From Bugula neritina (taxonomy: Eukaryota; Animalia; Bryozoa), in contig OZ037766.1 of the NCBI GenBank assembly GCA_964035545.1, positions 32,478,773-32,542,772 of the forward strand: a DNA stretch of 64,000 nt, read 5' to 3'. The notes beneath the pieces were generated by a model. It was not told the origin of the DNA, did not search any database, and saw nothing but the letters and a program-made list of their open reading frames with translations. Made by a program: the position numbers and the translations under genes. Below, one piece after another: positions 41,801 to 55,699 of the stretch (within the stretch, counting starts at the first letter, position 1; each line of letters starts with the position of its first letter).

Positions 41801-44800
41801 AAGTTAATAAATTTTTTTGCCATTTTACCACTAATATTGGCATTTTGGTACTTAGCTATAAAACAAGAAGCTAGCTTGGCAGCTGCTTAAGGCTAATAAC
41901 TACTTGTAGGCTGCTAAACTGCATTATTACCAATACTTCTACAATGGGGGGGGGGGGAATTCAAATTAATGAATTTAGCACAAATTGCTAGAAGGTGAAG
42001 TGGAAATAAAACGCTAAATTTTTTGAAAATAGATTGTTACAGGAAAACTCGTATTAAATTAACATAGGAATAGAGTAGTTTGGGAAATATCAGTCAATGT
42101 GGTCTCTTAAAAATTATAGTTGCACAAATTCAATTATCTGTCTACAGCAATAGTCATACTGTCATTGTGATATCAAATGACAGCGTTAAGCAAATGATTG
42201 AGCTTACCTTTTGCTGCAATGACAACTTCAGTTCCTAACTCTGAAAGAAAGTGATCATCTTCTATCTCTGAGAGGTAGCTGCAATCTTTACCCATGTGAT
42301 GAAATGATTCAATGTTTTCCATGTTGTGAGGTTGTTTGGAAGCACAAATTCACTGAATCTCAAAGCACAACCTCTTAGTCTGAGCCTCTGGTGTTCACTA
42401 TGCCGGCAGAATATTTCTTCTGTCAATAGCCGTGACTGAAAACTATGTGCTGTTATGTAATAACCTTTGTTTTGCGCTTTCGATGCTTGGTAAGCCAGTT
42501 TCTTGCCTTTGAATTACAATTTAAATATTTCCTTACTATAGCTCTGTTATGCAACATCTTCTTTTGTTCCGCCAGGTAGTTTACACAAGTTACTTAGGCT
42601 TTTGAAGTGGCTCACCTGATCCACAATTGACTATTCAGTAGCTTGTTTCATTGTTAATTTTAGGCTTCTTGTTTGAAACACATTTGCTGATAACTGAGTA
42701 CATTGGAGTTTAATGGTGCATCTCCCTGATTTCTCTTTTACACACATTTTAAATTAGTTGGCTTTCCTTTCCATGAATGAAATTGACTAGTGAAGCCTAA
42801 ACTACCCATGCAAGAGATATGTGCAGTTGAAATTTTTTGTTGATAAATTCAACTTAAGTCTTTGATAAACGGAGTGGGGCAATGTTTAATAGTAGTCTGG
42901 TAACAAGCTATTTGAAAATGTTTTGGGTTCAAAAAAATTTTGAAATCATAAAAAGCTAGTAGGTTGAAGGAGTTTCATTCCACTTATATGCTCCCTAGTT
43001 AGGCTGTATTTTTTGTTTTGGTACTAAGTTTTATATACCTATATACCCTTATATAACTTTCATATGAATCGCTAAACATAAAATAACCATTAATATGATA
43101 TATTTGCAACAATATTTAAATTTTCCCAAATTTGTGTTGAAAAAAAGCATTAAATGCATTAATAATAACATTTTTTCAAAAAACAAAAAAATATAGAAAA
43201 TGCAAAATTAATAGGGTATGCAGAGCAAAGAAATTTTATTTGTGCGCCAATTATAAAAAGCAATTGACTCAAATTTATTTAAATACACATATATTTCAAT
43301 GGTATTCAAATAAATTGCACGTAAAATGTATAAATAGCATCTAACTGGGAAGCACCAATTGAAATGACCCAAATGTAAGGTTCAACTCTATCCTAGCTTC
43401 CTATAAAGGTTTGTGATCATCATTAGTGCACATGTGAACGAATAATGTTGTTAGGTGAACAACTGCCGATTGTTCCATAATTCTTTTGTAAATTAAATTT
43501 TGCTTGAACATATGTAGTTGTAGCATTGATCTCACTTTCTGCTCCTATCAACTACTGTTTAGCTTTATTCAGACCTAGGGATGATGATTACGTAATACTT
43601 GTGAAAAGTAGCGTTGGCTTAACAACTAAGTGGTTTCAGAGCTACTACAAAATATTTTTCAGCTTACACTAATCGGATTAATTTTCAATTTCATTAAAAT
43701 AAGTGCAGGTCTAACAACTATTAGAGGTGTGGTGCAGGCTATACCGACAATAAAAGGCTCTTTGAACAACTTTAGTGCAAGCGCTGCACTAATATTTCTC
43801 TCTGTGTAGACTAGAGTTCACTGTGACATAGAAAATATAAGATAATGCAACTTCATTAACTAGTTAAATAACACCTTTTTACATGTGCTTTAAAACTTTC
43901 AATTTTTTCACTGATTATAAATTCTGTAATGTTTCTTGTTTCACGTTTGGTTGCAATATGTCTGCTGTTTGTTATCTTGCTCAGGATGATGGTCGCTATG
44001 CACTAATGGACTTAGGAGATCTGTATGATGTAACAGAGATATGGCTATGGGGAAGAGATGAGAATTCAAGCTTCTACTGTAGGTTTAACTCATTGCTCAA
44101 GTTTTTAGTCATGAAATATCAATTTTCTTATAGTAAAACACACTCATAGCTTTGAAAGTAAAATATCATCAAAACAAAAGTTTCAATAATGCATGCTATT
44201 GTGTAAAAAGTAAAAACTTGTAGATTAATTCAATAAATATTATATGACTTTTTTATATGCTATTATTTTACTCTATAGCTAGATTTTAAATTTTTAATGA
44301 TGCGAAGTCAGCCAGCTCAGCTAAACTAAAAAAGCTAAAGAATGTTTAAGTGAATACAAATAATTTAATTTATCAATAAATACTTGTACAAAATTTCTGG
44401 TGTCCTGAAAGATAAAGATTATTGAGACATCAATTAAATATATAGCACCAAAGTGTAAGACTAGTAACTAGGACTTAATAACTAACATGCCAGAGGCTTA
44501 AAGACTGCATGCCTGTTAAAGTAATTTAGGCTGTAAAATTATGCCAAACATTCTCAATTCCTTATATTTTTCTAGTAAATCAGATGCAAAATATGAAGAT
44601 AACGGTGGCCACGACAGAGTCAGCTATAGATGATGATGACTCACTGTGTGTCTACAGAGATGGTGCTCCTGCTGCCGGGGAGAATAGACCAGAAGTATTC
44701 ACATGTACCAACTCTATGATTGGACGATATGTCAAAGTCAGCATGGTTGATGTCAGCACTATAAACCAGTTTCTCTGCATGAATGCAGTTGAGGTTTACG

Positions 44801-47800
44801 GAGCAGAATATTCAGGTAAATAAATTAATTATAAACTGTTGGTTATATATTACAAGTCTGTTATATATGTAGTTGTCTACCCTTTGCAGGTTACATGCTC
44901 TACAGGCTATACAGTCGCAGTTGCAAGCTATTAGCAAAGATAATGAAGTAATCGCTTTTAAATCTGTTTTCATGTCTTATATTTAATTATAAAATTTATA
45001 ATTAGAAATATTTCCATAAAAAAGCTAAATTAGTAAACTATTGTTTCAATTACCTCATACACTATCAGGAGTAAGTGCAAGGTTCTATAAAGGTGTTTGG
45101 ACCAGAAGTGTAAGTACTTTAACAAATATTTTTATACAACTTTATTGTTATAACTTGAAGAAAGGCAAAGCAAAAACTCTGTTTACATAATTGGCAATCT
45201 GCCCATATATCACATTTGTGTCACGTACTTGTATGCTGAGCCTTTCATATAGTTAAGGATTATCTTCTCCAATCTTATTACTTTTGAATACTAAATTGAT
45301 TTAATTTTAATTAAATTCAGCAACTAATAAAATACCATATTGCATACGGTAATTTTTATTTTTATTTGTAGGGCCAGCCCAGCTGAACACTACAGGTATT
45401 ATTTACAATGTCATGTATTTGGTGCATTTTACTTCTATTTAGCTGTATAATATAGACAAGCATATTCAGTTTAATAGAGCGAATTTTTCCTTTGCAGGTC
45501 TTTCTTTATATTAGCTAATTTTATAAAAAAAAGGTCAATTGAGCCATTTTTAGCAAAATTTATTTGCTGTTGTAGCTAATAATGATAAAATTAATATTTG
45601 CATGCATACTTAGCAATGATAATATGAAAAATATGATGTATCATAAAAATGAGATTATATATCAGGTATTTTGAAGTTATTTAATAATTGCTAGCCTCGT
45701 GTTTGCAGAGGTAACTGAAAGCTCCACAAAGTATTCCAACTATGCGGCAGAAAATCTACTAGATGGTGACTACAGCAGTGACTTCTGTACACAAGATGTA
45801 AGTATGATTTATGGAACTAGCATTTTTACAGTTGTCAAATCTCTATATAACATTGCACTATAACATTGCTATAACATTACTATAACATTGCTATAACAGC
45901 GCTATAACATTGCTATAACATTGCTATAACAGCGCTATAACATTGCTATAACATTGCTATAACATTGCTATAACATCGCTATAACATCGCTATAACATCG
46001 CTATAACATTGCTATATAACAGCACTATAACAGCGCTATAACATTGCTATAACATTGCTATAACATTGCTATAACAGCGCTATAACAGCGCTATAACAGC
46101 GCTATAACATTGCTATAACATTGCTATAACATCGCTATAACATTTTATAAGTGACATAATATAGAGGTTCATCACTTTCCAGGACTCTGGCCGATATGCA
46201 GTGATAGATCTCGGAGATGTTTATGAAGTGACAGAGCTATGGGTTTGGGGCAGAGATGAGACATCCAGCTTTTATTGTACGTATATACTATACATTCCTG
46301 AATTATCTCTATGTAATTAAAACTGAATTTATTTAGGTCAGATGTGTAAGTATGCACATTCATTCAATATGTGTATGGCTATATAACTTGTACACAAACT
46401 CACTGCTATGCATGCAAGTATAATGACTATAAATTATTTGGGAGACAAAAAACATTATATTATTAGCAGTATACATAAAACTCTTACGTATCAAAAGAAG
46501 CTATACATTACTTAGCTCCTTTATTTATAAATTAAGCTCGATATATTATGTTAAGAACTTTGTTAAATAACTAATAACTTACTTTTTACTCATAAAGTAC
46601 TTCGTGATAAAGAAAATTTTTGGTTCAATACAATAAGTTATTTTTACTGCCGATAAAATTATTTTGAAACTAAATGGTGATGCCCCACTGCACTGGCATG
46701 GTACATCTTATTAGGTTGTGAAAGTATATTAGTCAATTATTTCAATGAAAAAAATTTATTCTTGTCTATTCTTATAATATATGGTAAAATTTATGTTGTT
46801 AGTTTTATTATTTATAAAACATTGTTTATTTCATTAACTGAAAGAAAACATGCTTTGTAAAATTATTTTGCAAAATTCTCTTAATTTAAACGTAGCTTTT
46901 AATAAATAAAAATATTTATTATTATCCTCGAACTAATATTATAAACTAATTGCTTAAGAAGCTCCTAATGCAATATTAACTTATAATAAATATGCACACT
47001 TTATATAGTACTTTTCATTAATTGATGAATGACTTTTTACCTGTTGCTGTCTAGTAAACCAGATGCAGAATATGAAGATAACGGTGGCCAAGTTGGAGTC
47101 AGCTATAGATGATGATGACTCACTGTGTGTCTACAGAGATGGTGTTCCTGCTGCCGGGGAGAATAGACCAGAAGTATTCACATGTACCAGCTCTATGATT
47201 GGACGATATGTCAAAGTCAGCATGGTTTATGTCCAATCAGGACAGTTTTTCTGTTTGACAGAAGTAGAAGTGTTTGGGTACAACTATGAGGGTGAGTTAT
47301 GTCTAGTCTAAATGTAAGGCATATGTTGACAGATTAGCTGTTAAATAACCTCTATTGCAAATTACCTTTTTGCTAAAAGGAAGCTGAGAAATACTTATAG
47401 ATAAAACCTTAGCGTAATGCTATTTAAGATGTTATAATATAGCTCTGTAAAATGTTTCACCCATGGATAGTGTAATATATTATCATAATTGTTATGTTTA
47501 TTTTCAGGTCCTGATATGATTGTAATTGCTGGTAAGTAAATAATTTCCCTATTAAGTCATTGCATAACGATATTCTAAATATAATAACTGTTCATTATTA
47601 TATAACATTCTATAGAATGTTATATAATAATAAACAGTTATTATTTACTGAAGAAATAGCTAAAACATGCTATCATAACTGTTATATATATATAACAGTT
47701 ATGATAGCATGTTTTAGCTATTTCTTCAGTAAATAAAAATGCATAATTTGCTATATTTCAGCAATATAGCTATGCAGTTTAACCGCATTTTATTTTATGG

Positions 47801-50800
47801 CTTGCATTGAATATAGTACAATCATTAAGTTATAAAAAGAGGATTTTCTTAATGAGTTATATTTCAACAGTTGATATTCTTCTGCTATACAAATACAGTA
47901 GCTTGAAAAGTTTTTTGTAAATCAAATTAAAAGGCTATTTAAATATTAAATTATGATGCAACTAAAATATAGTTATAATATATAATTATGCTACAACTAT
48001 GATATAACTATAATATGATTATGTAACATAGCTATAATATAACTATAATATAATTATAATATAACTATAATACCATATAATATTGTAGACATACCAGACA
48101 GCTCAACTAGCTACATTAACTACGCTGTAACTAATTTATATGACAGAGATTATTCTACTGATTTCTGCACTAAAGATGACGTGAGTAAATTTCAATATTC
48201 TGTTTCTGGAAGTTACTTCTGTCCCAGAAATTTCACAAAATGTGGCATATTACAGCAAATTTTATATTAAATGTTTTTCTTTTGAAAAAATGCAGTCAAA
48301 TATTATTCAAGTATTTTTCAATAAATTAGTTCAGCAAACAAAAAAATCTGTTTGACTATGAGTGCCTAGCAAGGCCAAGTTAGAATTTACATGAAAAATG
48401 ATTTCAGTATTAAAATCCATTTAGAACTTGAAAAAATCAAACTCTTGGCAATTAAAAACACAATTTAATAATATACTGAGTAATATAGACATGCACTATA
48501 TCTCTTTTATTTGACTTTTTATCTAGAACTGTTAAAATCAAACTATATCCTTCATACAACTATATAGAACTATAACTGGAAATATAACTAGTATCTATGC
48601 TACTGGAGCTATAACATATTGTATTGGTAGGAATCTGGAAGATATGCACTGATAGACTTGGGGGACTTCTATAAAGTTGAAGAGCTTTGGCTGTGGGGTA
48701 GAGAAGGCACGTCCAGTTTCTACTGTAAGTCCTGCTAAAACTCAGTCTAAAATACTAAAATAGTTTTATCTATTTAAAAAAAATTTTTTTAACCACATGG
48801 CACCATGGTTCTAAATTTTGAAAATATATTTTAGTTAGAGTTGTTTCATTCACATATTAGTTGAAGTAATAACAAATTGATATAATGAAACTTGCACTAA
48901 AACTCTTCTATTAAATTAAAAAACATCCTGTCATTTTAAACTGCTTATTATAGATCTATTTTTATCTATTCTGAATATAATTATTTTCCATTAATAAAGC
49001 TACAAGACTTTATACTACATTTATTCAACAGTAAATCAGATGCAGAATATGAAGATAACGGTGGCCATGACAGAGTCAGCTATAGATGATGATGACTCAC
49101 TGTGTGTCTACAGAGATGGTGCTCCTGCTGCCGGGGAGAATAGACCAGAAGTATTCACATGTACCAGCTCTATGATTGGACGATATGTCAAAGTCAGCAT
49201 GGTTGATGTCCAATCAGGACAGTTTTTCTGTTTGGTAGAAGTAGAAGTGTTTGGGTACAACTATGAGGGTGAGTTGTGTTTCAGAATAGTCTGAGTTCTT
49301 TGACTAAACATAACATAAGTTCCTGACTTCTGTGTTTTAACTGCGAGTTTAATAGCTTGCTGCTAAACTATAGACATGCTTAAAGCACAATCATTTGCCT
49401 TATATTCAGCACTTTCACTTTTGCTCTGTCATTATAGACAAATAACTTCAATGAGTTCTTTATTAACAAGTTGTGTGGCAGTCTCAGTTTGAAGTTAGGC
49501 TAGTTGTATTTGTCATTGTAAAGATCTATTGTGAAATGCAACCGTGCAGCTGAAATCTTGAATGTTTATATTTATTATATTTCAGGTCCTGCCGAGATTG
49601 CTATATCTGGTGAGTAAGATAACAATTTATTACGTGCTGTGTTGCGCATTATAAATATTTTAAATATAGAGTATAATAGTCTAATGATAAAACTGCTAAA
49701 TGTTTTGCATTTGAAAAAAAAAATTACAAATGAATCTAAAATTCAAGACTTGCAACTTAAAAATCTGATAATTAAGTTGATATAACTGCTGTTGGAAAAA
49801 GAGCTATTCTCATCGATAATAGTTCAATTTGTTGAAGATCATTATAATAGCTGTTGTTATGCATGCAATGTATATTCCGTAGCAAATGACAATTATTTTT
49901 ATAATATGTTGCTATAATAATTTTCACCCTAAATATATCATAATTAAGGTATCAAACTATAGTAGTTCCAGTAATACATATTACCAAAATTACTTAACAG
50001 AAAAAACGTAGTATATATTCTTATTCAGCAGTTAATGTAATATAATTATAATTATAATTATATACCTATACTATATATCTTATATATATAACTACAATAT
50101 ATGTACATATACTATAATTATAATTTAACTATACTATATAAATATATAATACAAATATTATATAACTATAATATAATAATAATATAACTATAATATAACT
50201 ATAAGATAACCATATTATAACTAAATACTATGCATGTTGTAGACATACCAGATAGCTCAACTAGCTACAGTAGCTACGCTGTAACTAATTTATATGACAG
50301 AGATTATTCCACTGACTTCTGCACTAAAGATGACGTGAGTAAATTTCAATATTCTGTTTCTGGAAGTCATTTCTGTTTCAAAGATTTTACAAAATATGGT
50401 GTGTTATAGATTATATTATAAATTTTTTTGGAAATGAAAAATAAAATGACTTCGTTTAAGCATATCTTTTTAATTGTTTTACTAGAAAAGCTCTTTACAT
50501 ATATAGCGATTTCTGTAATGCTGATGCTATAACCACAAAAAATCTTTCTAAGAATTAGAAGTTTTGAATTTTTATTGCTCAGTAAAATTCTAAGAAGTAC
50601 ATCTGTAATAGTAAAATATTTTTGGTTTATATATTAATTACCTAATTTATCTTTGCTGATAATAATAATAACCCCATTATTCTTGTGTAGCCATAAGCAT
50701 CTGGTAGGTAAAATATACAAGTGCTGTTAATGCCACCATTGTTCTCATCTAAAACCGTTAAAATCAAACTCTTTCCTTCATTCTACTGGAACTATAGCAT

Positions 50801-53800
50801 ACTGTATTCATACTACAACTAAAACTATAATATATGTATTGTTATAGTTATATAAATTTATAACATAATATTGTATTGTTAGGAATCTGGAAGATATGCA
50901 CTGATAGACTTGGGGGACTTCTATAAAGTTGAAGAACTTTGGCTGTGGGGTAGAGAAAGCACCTCCAGTTTCTACTGTAAGTCCTGCTAACACTCATGGT
51001 TTATGTATTTTTAAAAATATGAAAGATTTGAATTAAATTTGCAAAAAAAACCTAAACACTCTGTATCGCATGAAAAACTGATTTTACTTTCAGTATGTTA
51101 AACATTTTAAAACTAAACTAGTGATTTTATATCTAAAAGTTTAAATTACTTCAATTATGGGAATATAATTATTTTCTTAGTAAATCAGACGCAGAATATG
51201 AAGATAACAGTGGCCACGACAGAGTCAGCTATAGATGATGATGACTCACTGTGTGTCTACAGAGATGGTGCTCCTGCTGCCGGGGAGAATAGACCAGAAG
51301 TATTCACATGTACCAGCTCTATGATTGGACGATATGTCAAAGTCAGCATGGTTGATGTCCAATCAGGAGAGTTCTTTTGTTTGACAGAAGTAGAAGTGTT
51401 TGGATATGGAGCTGAAGGTAGCAGTTTAGTATAAGCAGAGTATAATATACTGCTTTGCTACTTACTCCTCACTGAACATTACATCAGCATAGCTGCTTGA
51501 ATAAGTTGACTGCACTCTTCCACATTTAGTTTTCAGAAGATGTATTAGCAAATTACACAAGTATTAGTTTTGTGGTTTACTTACTAAACATATATTGTGA
51601 AGAGTTTTTATTCAAATAAAAAAGTTTCATAATTTGCAATAACTATGTCCATATATGTTATCATTTGTCAATCACTATTATATTATGTTGAGCTCTTCTA
51701 ACTCTGCTATTGTATGTTTCAGAGATAAGTAGAGCTGCAGTGACGGGTAAGTGCTGCCAGTAACATGTGAAATGAATAGCCCTGTTTTTCTGCTGCCAGT
51801 AACATGTAAAATGAAAAGCCCTGTTTTCTTATATATTTCATAGTTTAACAGCTTTTCGTAAATTATAAGTAATAACTATGATATATTCTTTAATTGGTGA
51901 GCAATAAAATGGTATTCTAGCAGGATTTGTAAACTCAAATAAAACAAATAATTGGACTAACTGCAGGTAAAGAGTTTAACATTAACCAGCATGTATAGCT
52001 AAACTGTGAATTCAATCTGTGCGTGCAATGTATTGCGAGATATGCAGATATACCTCAGTTTGTGGAGGTATTTGGCTTTTTAAGCTACTAACAAACTTGC
52101 TCTGTTTGCTAACTACTTTTGTGCTGTAATTTAAAACTTTTGACTTTGCTCTAATATGTATAACACAGCTGAAACAAGCTTCAAACTAGATAGCTTGAGA
52201 GCAAAAATACTTTTTCTGTATAAATGACAGCAAAGTAAAATACGCAGTATTTAGCTGTCTATATATATATTATACTTTGGTGCGTTTCTAACATTGCATA
52301 TAATTAGCCTTTTACACTTCATATAAAACTGATGGTATGTGTAATATAATATACTGTGTCATTTTGTCTATGTAAAAGTGCCAATATTTATAACACACTG
52401 TAGATATATCTGGCTCAGAAGAACTCAGTAACTTTACAATTTCCAACTTGATTGATGGAGATTACACCAGCACCTTCTGCACTGCAGCTGTGAGTGTTTA
52501 CCAGGCTGCCAGTGTTTATTGATTCATAAAAAAGTGTCTAAGTTTTATCTTCAAAAAATTCATGTAAACAAGCTCATTGGCTACAAGTTTACTATAGCAA
52601 ACAACTATCTGGCTCTAGGAATTGCCAATCTGGTTATTTTGCTAATAAAATTTTAGTTTTGAGTTAGAAGTCACTCTGACTGAGTTGAACCTCAAATTTT
52701 ATTTTATATGAATAGCAACACATACACAAGTTGTTTTTATAGCAATTTTAGGCTTATATATTGTTGTTATAGTAAAATAAATAATTATATATAAATATTC
52801 AGAGTATAATTGATATATAATTGCATACATTGACATTCAATGAAACTAATTGGTGTAACAATTTTAATTCTGAACTGCCTCTTCTATTGATTCAAAAATT
52901 AAACTGCTTTTAAATATTCATTGCGTAAAGTTAGTTTACTCAAAGCACTATTCTGATTTTGCAAGAAAGTTACAACTTTAGTCCAGACTACTTTTTGAAG
53001 CTTTCTTTTCCTGTACATATATTGAAATTCATGAAGCATAAACTATATGTATATATGATGATATAAATATATAGCTTTAATTGTGGCTGATTACAGGAGT
53101 CAGGTAAATATGCGGTGATGGATCTGAAGAATGTGTATGAAATTGCAGAGCTGAGAATATGGGGAAGAAACTACAAATCCAGCATCCATTGTAAGTAAAA
53201 TTTTATAAATAGATAAGTTTCTTTCTAAAAGGTAACATTAATGTGTAATATAAGTTAAAGTCTTAACAAATAGCAAATTATGTGAAAGAAAATAATATTA
53301 AAAAAATATTAAAAAGTATTGCTTTAAACTAGTTATTAAAATTAATAAAAAAGAAATTATCAAACAAAAACCGAGTATATGTTATAATTTTTCTTGCATA
53401 AATCTTCTAAAAGAATTCTATTTTAACTTCTTATAAACCCTCTATATAAACCTTTTATAGACCTTCTATATTTATAAACCTTCTATAATAAACTTCTTTA
53501 AGCCTTTTATAAATTTTTTATATATCTTGTATCAGTTTACATAAAATGTTTTACACAGCTTTTTCAATCTATTATAAGCAAACTAAAAGGTCGTATTTGC
53601 TAACAGATGACATACTGTTTAGCAGTTTTTTGCTGCTTGCTTTTATTTCCCTTACTGCATTTTGCTGCAAGTTTCTTACAGTTTTATAACGCTTCAGGAT
53701 GTTAGAAAAAATTTTGAATCTCATTCTTACAAAGTTCAATAGATGAATTTATTTAAAAGTAATTTATTTTAATTTTATAGGTAAACAATACTTATATAGC

Positions 53801-54245
53801 GCTAATGTAAATACGATATTTAAACTTACTTTATTCAACAGTAAATCAGATGCAGAATATGAAGATAACGGTGGCCACGACAGAGTCAGCTATAGATGAT
53901 GATGACTCACTGTGTGTCTACAGAGATGGTGCTCCTGCTGCCGGGGAGAATAGACCAGAAGTATTCACATGTACCAGCTCTATGATTGGACGATATGTCA
54001 AAGTCAGCATGGTTGATGTCGACCCTGCCCAACTTCTTTGCTTAGCAGAAGTAGAAGCCTATGTCATGCATGTGGGCTGTATTGACAAGGACTCGTGTAA
54101 AGAGCCGTGTGAAAGAGCTCAGTCTAACAAACTTCACAACTACAAGTGTTTGTCCAGTTACAGGTGTGAATGCAAGTACAAGTTCCAAGTTTTTGGGAAA
54201 ATAACCAGGAAATATACCAAAACTTTGTCAAGAGAAAAGAGTTAA
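38824..54245 (+). CDS. Probably secreted protein with five tandem F-type-lectin/F5-8 type C-like domains and a C-terminal six-Cys (CSab-like) module; ~800 aa; start exon not located
   Basis: Phase-consistent exons: 38824-38844 (xLLAAAWG, possible signal-peptide end). D1 39385-39408, 39964-40049, 43985-44078, 44576-44815. D2 45372-45395, 45709-45797, 46183-46276, 47055-47291. D3 47508-47531, 48089-48180, 48631-48724, 49032-49268. D4 49586-49609, 50243-50334, 50883-50976, 51181-51417. D5 51723-51746, 52404-52489, 53097-53190, 53842-54245. Domain motifs NLxDGD, FCT, IDLG..Y.V..LWLWGR, FTC...MIGRYVKV, C..EVEV. Confidence 0.85.
39275..39360. repeat. 27-bp tandem repeat x3 (ATGAATATGGTGACGTGTTCCTCATGA)
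   Basis: Direct; just upstream of the first microexon acceptor. Confidence 0.9.
40315..40620. repeat. Degenerate ~22-24-bp intronic minisatellite (TGTTCAATGGTGAGCTTATATA-like)
   Basis: Direct tandem units. Confidence 0.85.
45845..46150. repeat. 11-bp minisatellite (CTATAACATTG/CTATAACAGCG)
   Basis: Fills most of the D2 intron between exons 45709-45797 and 46183-46276. Confidence 0.93.
47581..47736. repeat. Two abutting AT-rich palindromes (64 bp with one mismatch; 96 bp perfect)
   Basis: 47581-47644 is centred on CTATAG; 47641-47736 (TTATTTACTGAAG...CTTCAGTAAATAA) has no spacer. Confidence 0.93.
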
Positions 54246-55699
54246 TTGGTGTACTTGAATCGTCAGGTCTAAGATTATAAACTATAAACAATGATGTGTT
54301 TGACAAGGACAAATTACTTTTAATTAGTTTACGTTGATGTCGTGATATATTCTTAAAATTTAAAAAGCTACTTTTTAACAAATTTTTCCCACTAAATCTG
54401 ACACTAATATGCGTTGAAACTCTCACATTTTTTGTTTTAATAAATTGTAAAGCATTCTATAAATTATAATTTAGCTTGTGCTTTTAAAAAATCATTTTTT
54501 TTGTAGCTCCATGAAACATATTCTAATAAATTGTATTACACACAAACATAAATTGCCATCAATTATAATTATACAAACCTTAATATACTAAGAATAAATA
54601 AAATTTCTTCCTGCGTCACCATCTGCAAGTTAGTTAAACCCAAGCACCTTTTTATTATTAGCTGCACATTGTAGATAAAATAAAAGTTCAATTTACAGTT
54701 TTACGTAGAAAGGCTTATATAGCAATAATTAAAATATTCAAATTTATCATCTCAACTATTAGATAGTGAGGATGACTTTATATCTAGTCAATTATGGTTT
54801 TTACATATATGGGCTCTACACAATGTGTGACATTGATATGAACTTCAACCGAATTCTCCATTAAATGTATGCTGTTTTAAGTTTATTGTTTAGTTTCTTA
54901 AAACAGCACCATTCCTGAGCTGCAGTAGCAGTGTGTAATGCAATAATATGTGATAAGAAGGAGATTGACTTGTAGTGAACTGCATTGTATGTTTACTACT
55001 AGCTAACAGTTCATATAAGCAGATATAGAAATATGTGTATAAATATAAAAATATAACACAAAAATAGTGATACTGATTATAGTAGGAGACGAGATCTACT
55101 AGTTATTGTTGATCAGTTGATCAGCAGTGCAATCTTTTAGCTATTAGTTAAAGTAGTTTTCTGTTTGTTTGAGTTGGAGTTGTGTTCTACTGCTACATGG
55201 CTTCAGCTGATCCATCTATAGTGCTGGTTTTTCCAGTCATTGTTTAAGCTAACTATAAAAGTAATTATTTAAAGTAGTTATCTACACTGTAAGATAAGAA
55301 ACTATAAGGGATTTTAATTTGCTTCCAATTTTATAATTTTCTAAACCAATGCAGAAATTAGGAGAAAACCTCTCCTCAAAGTTTAGATGTATAGAATATG
55401 ATGAAAAGATGAAAACATGTTTGATGCCTGTTTGAACAATTTTATTATCATTATTAACTGTATAAAATGTATTATGTAACATTATGCTGACAAAAGTCAG
55501 CCAGTATAATTAGTCATAATCAACATTGCCTACTTTTAAATACAAAAATATGTGTTGATGAAAACAGACTATATATTATTAGTGAATATAAAGTATAAAG
55601 CTAGTCATGGTTTATCATGTAACAAGAAAATATAATTTTAGTTTAAAGTGTCACTCACAGAACGTAGCAGAAAGTGAAAGCTACAACGTAGCAGCAGAC

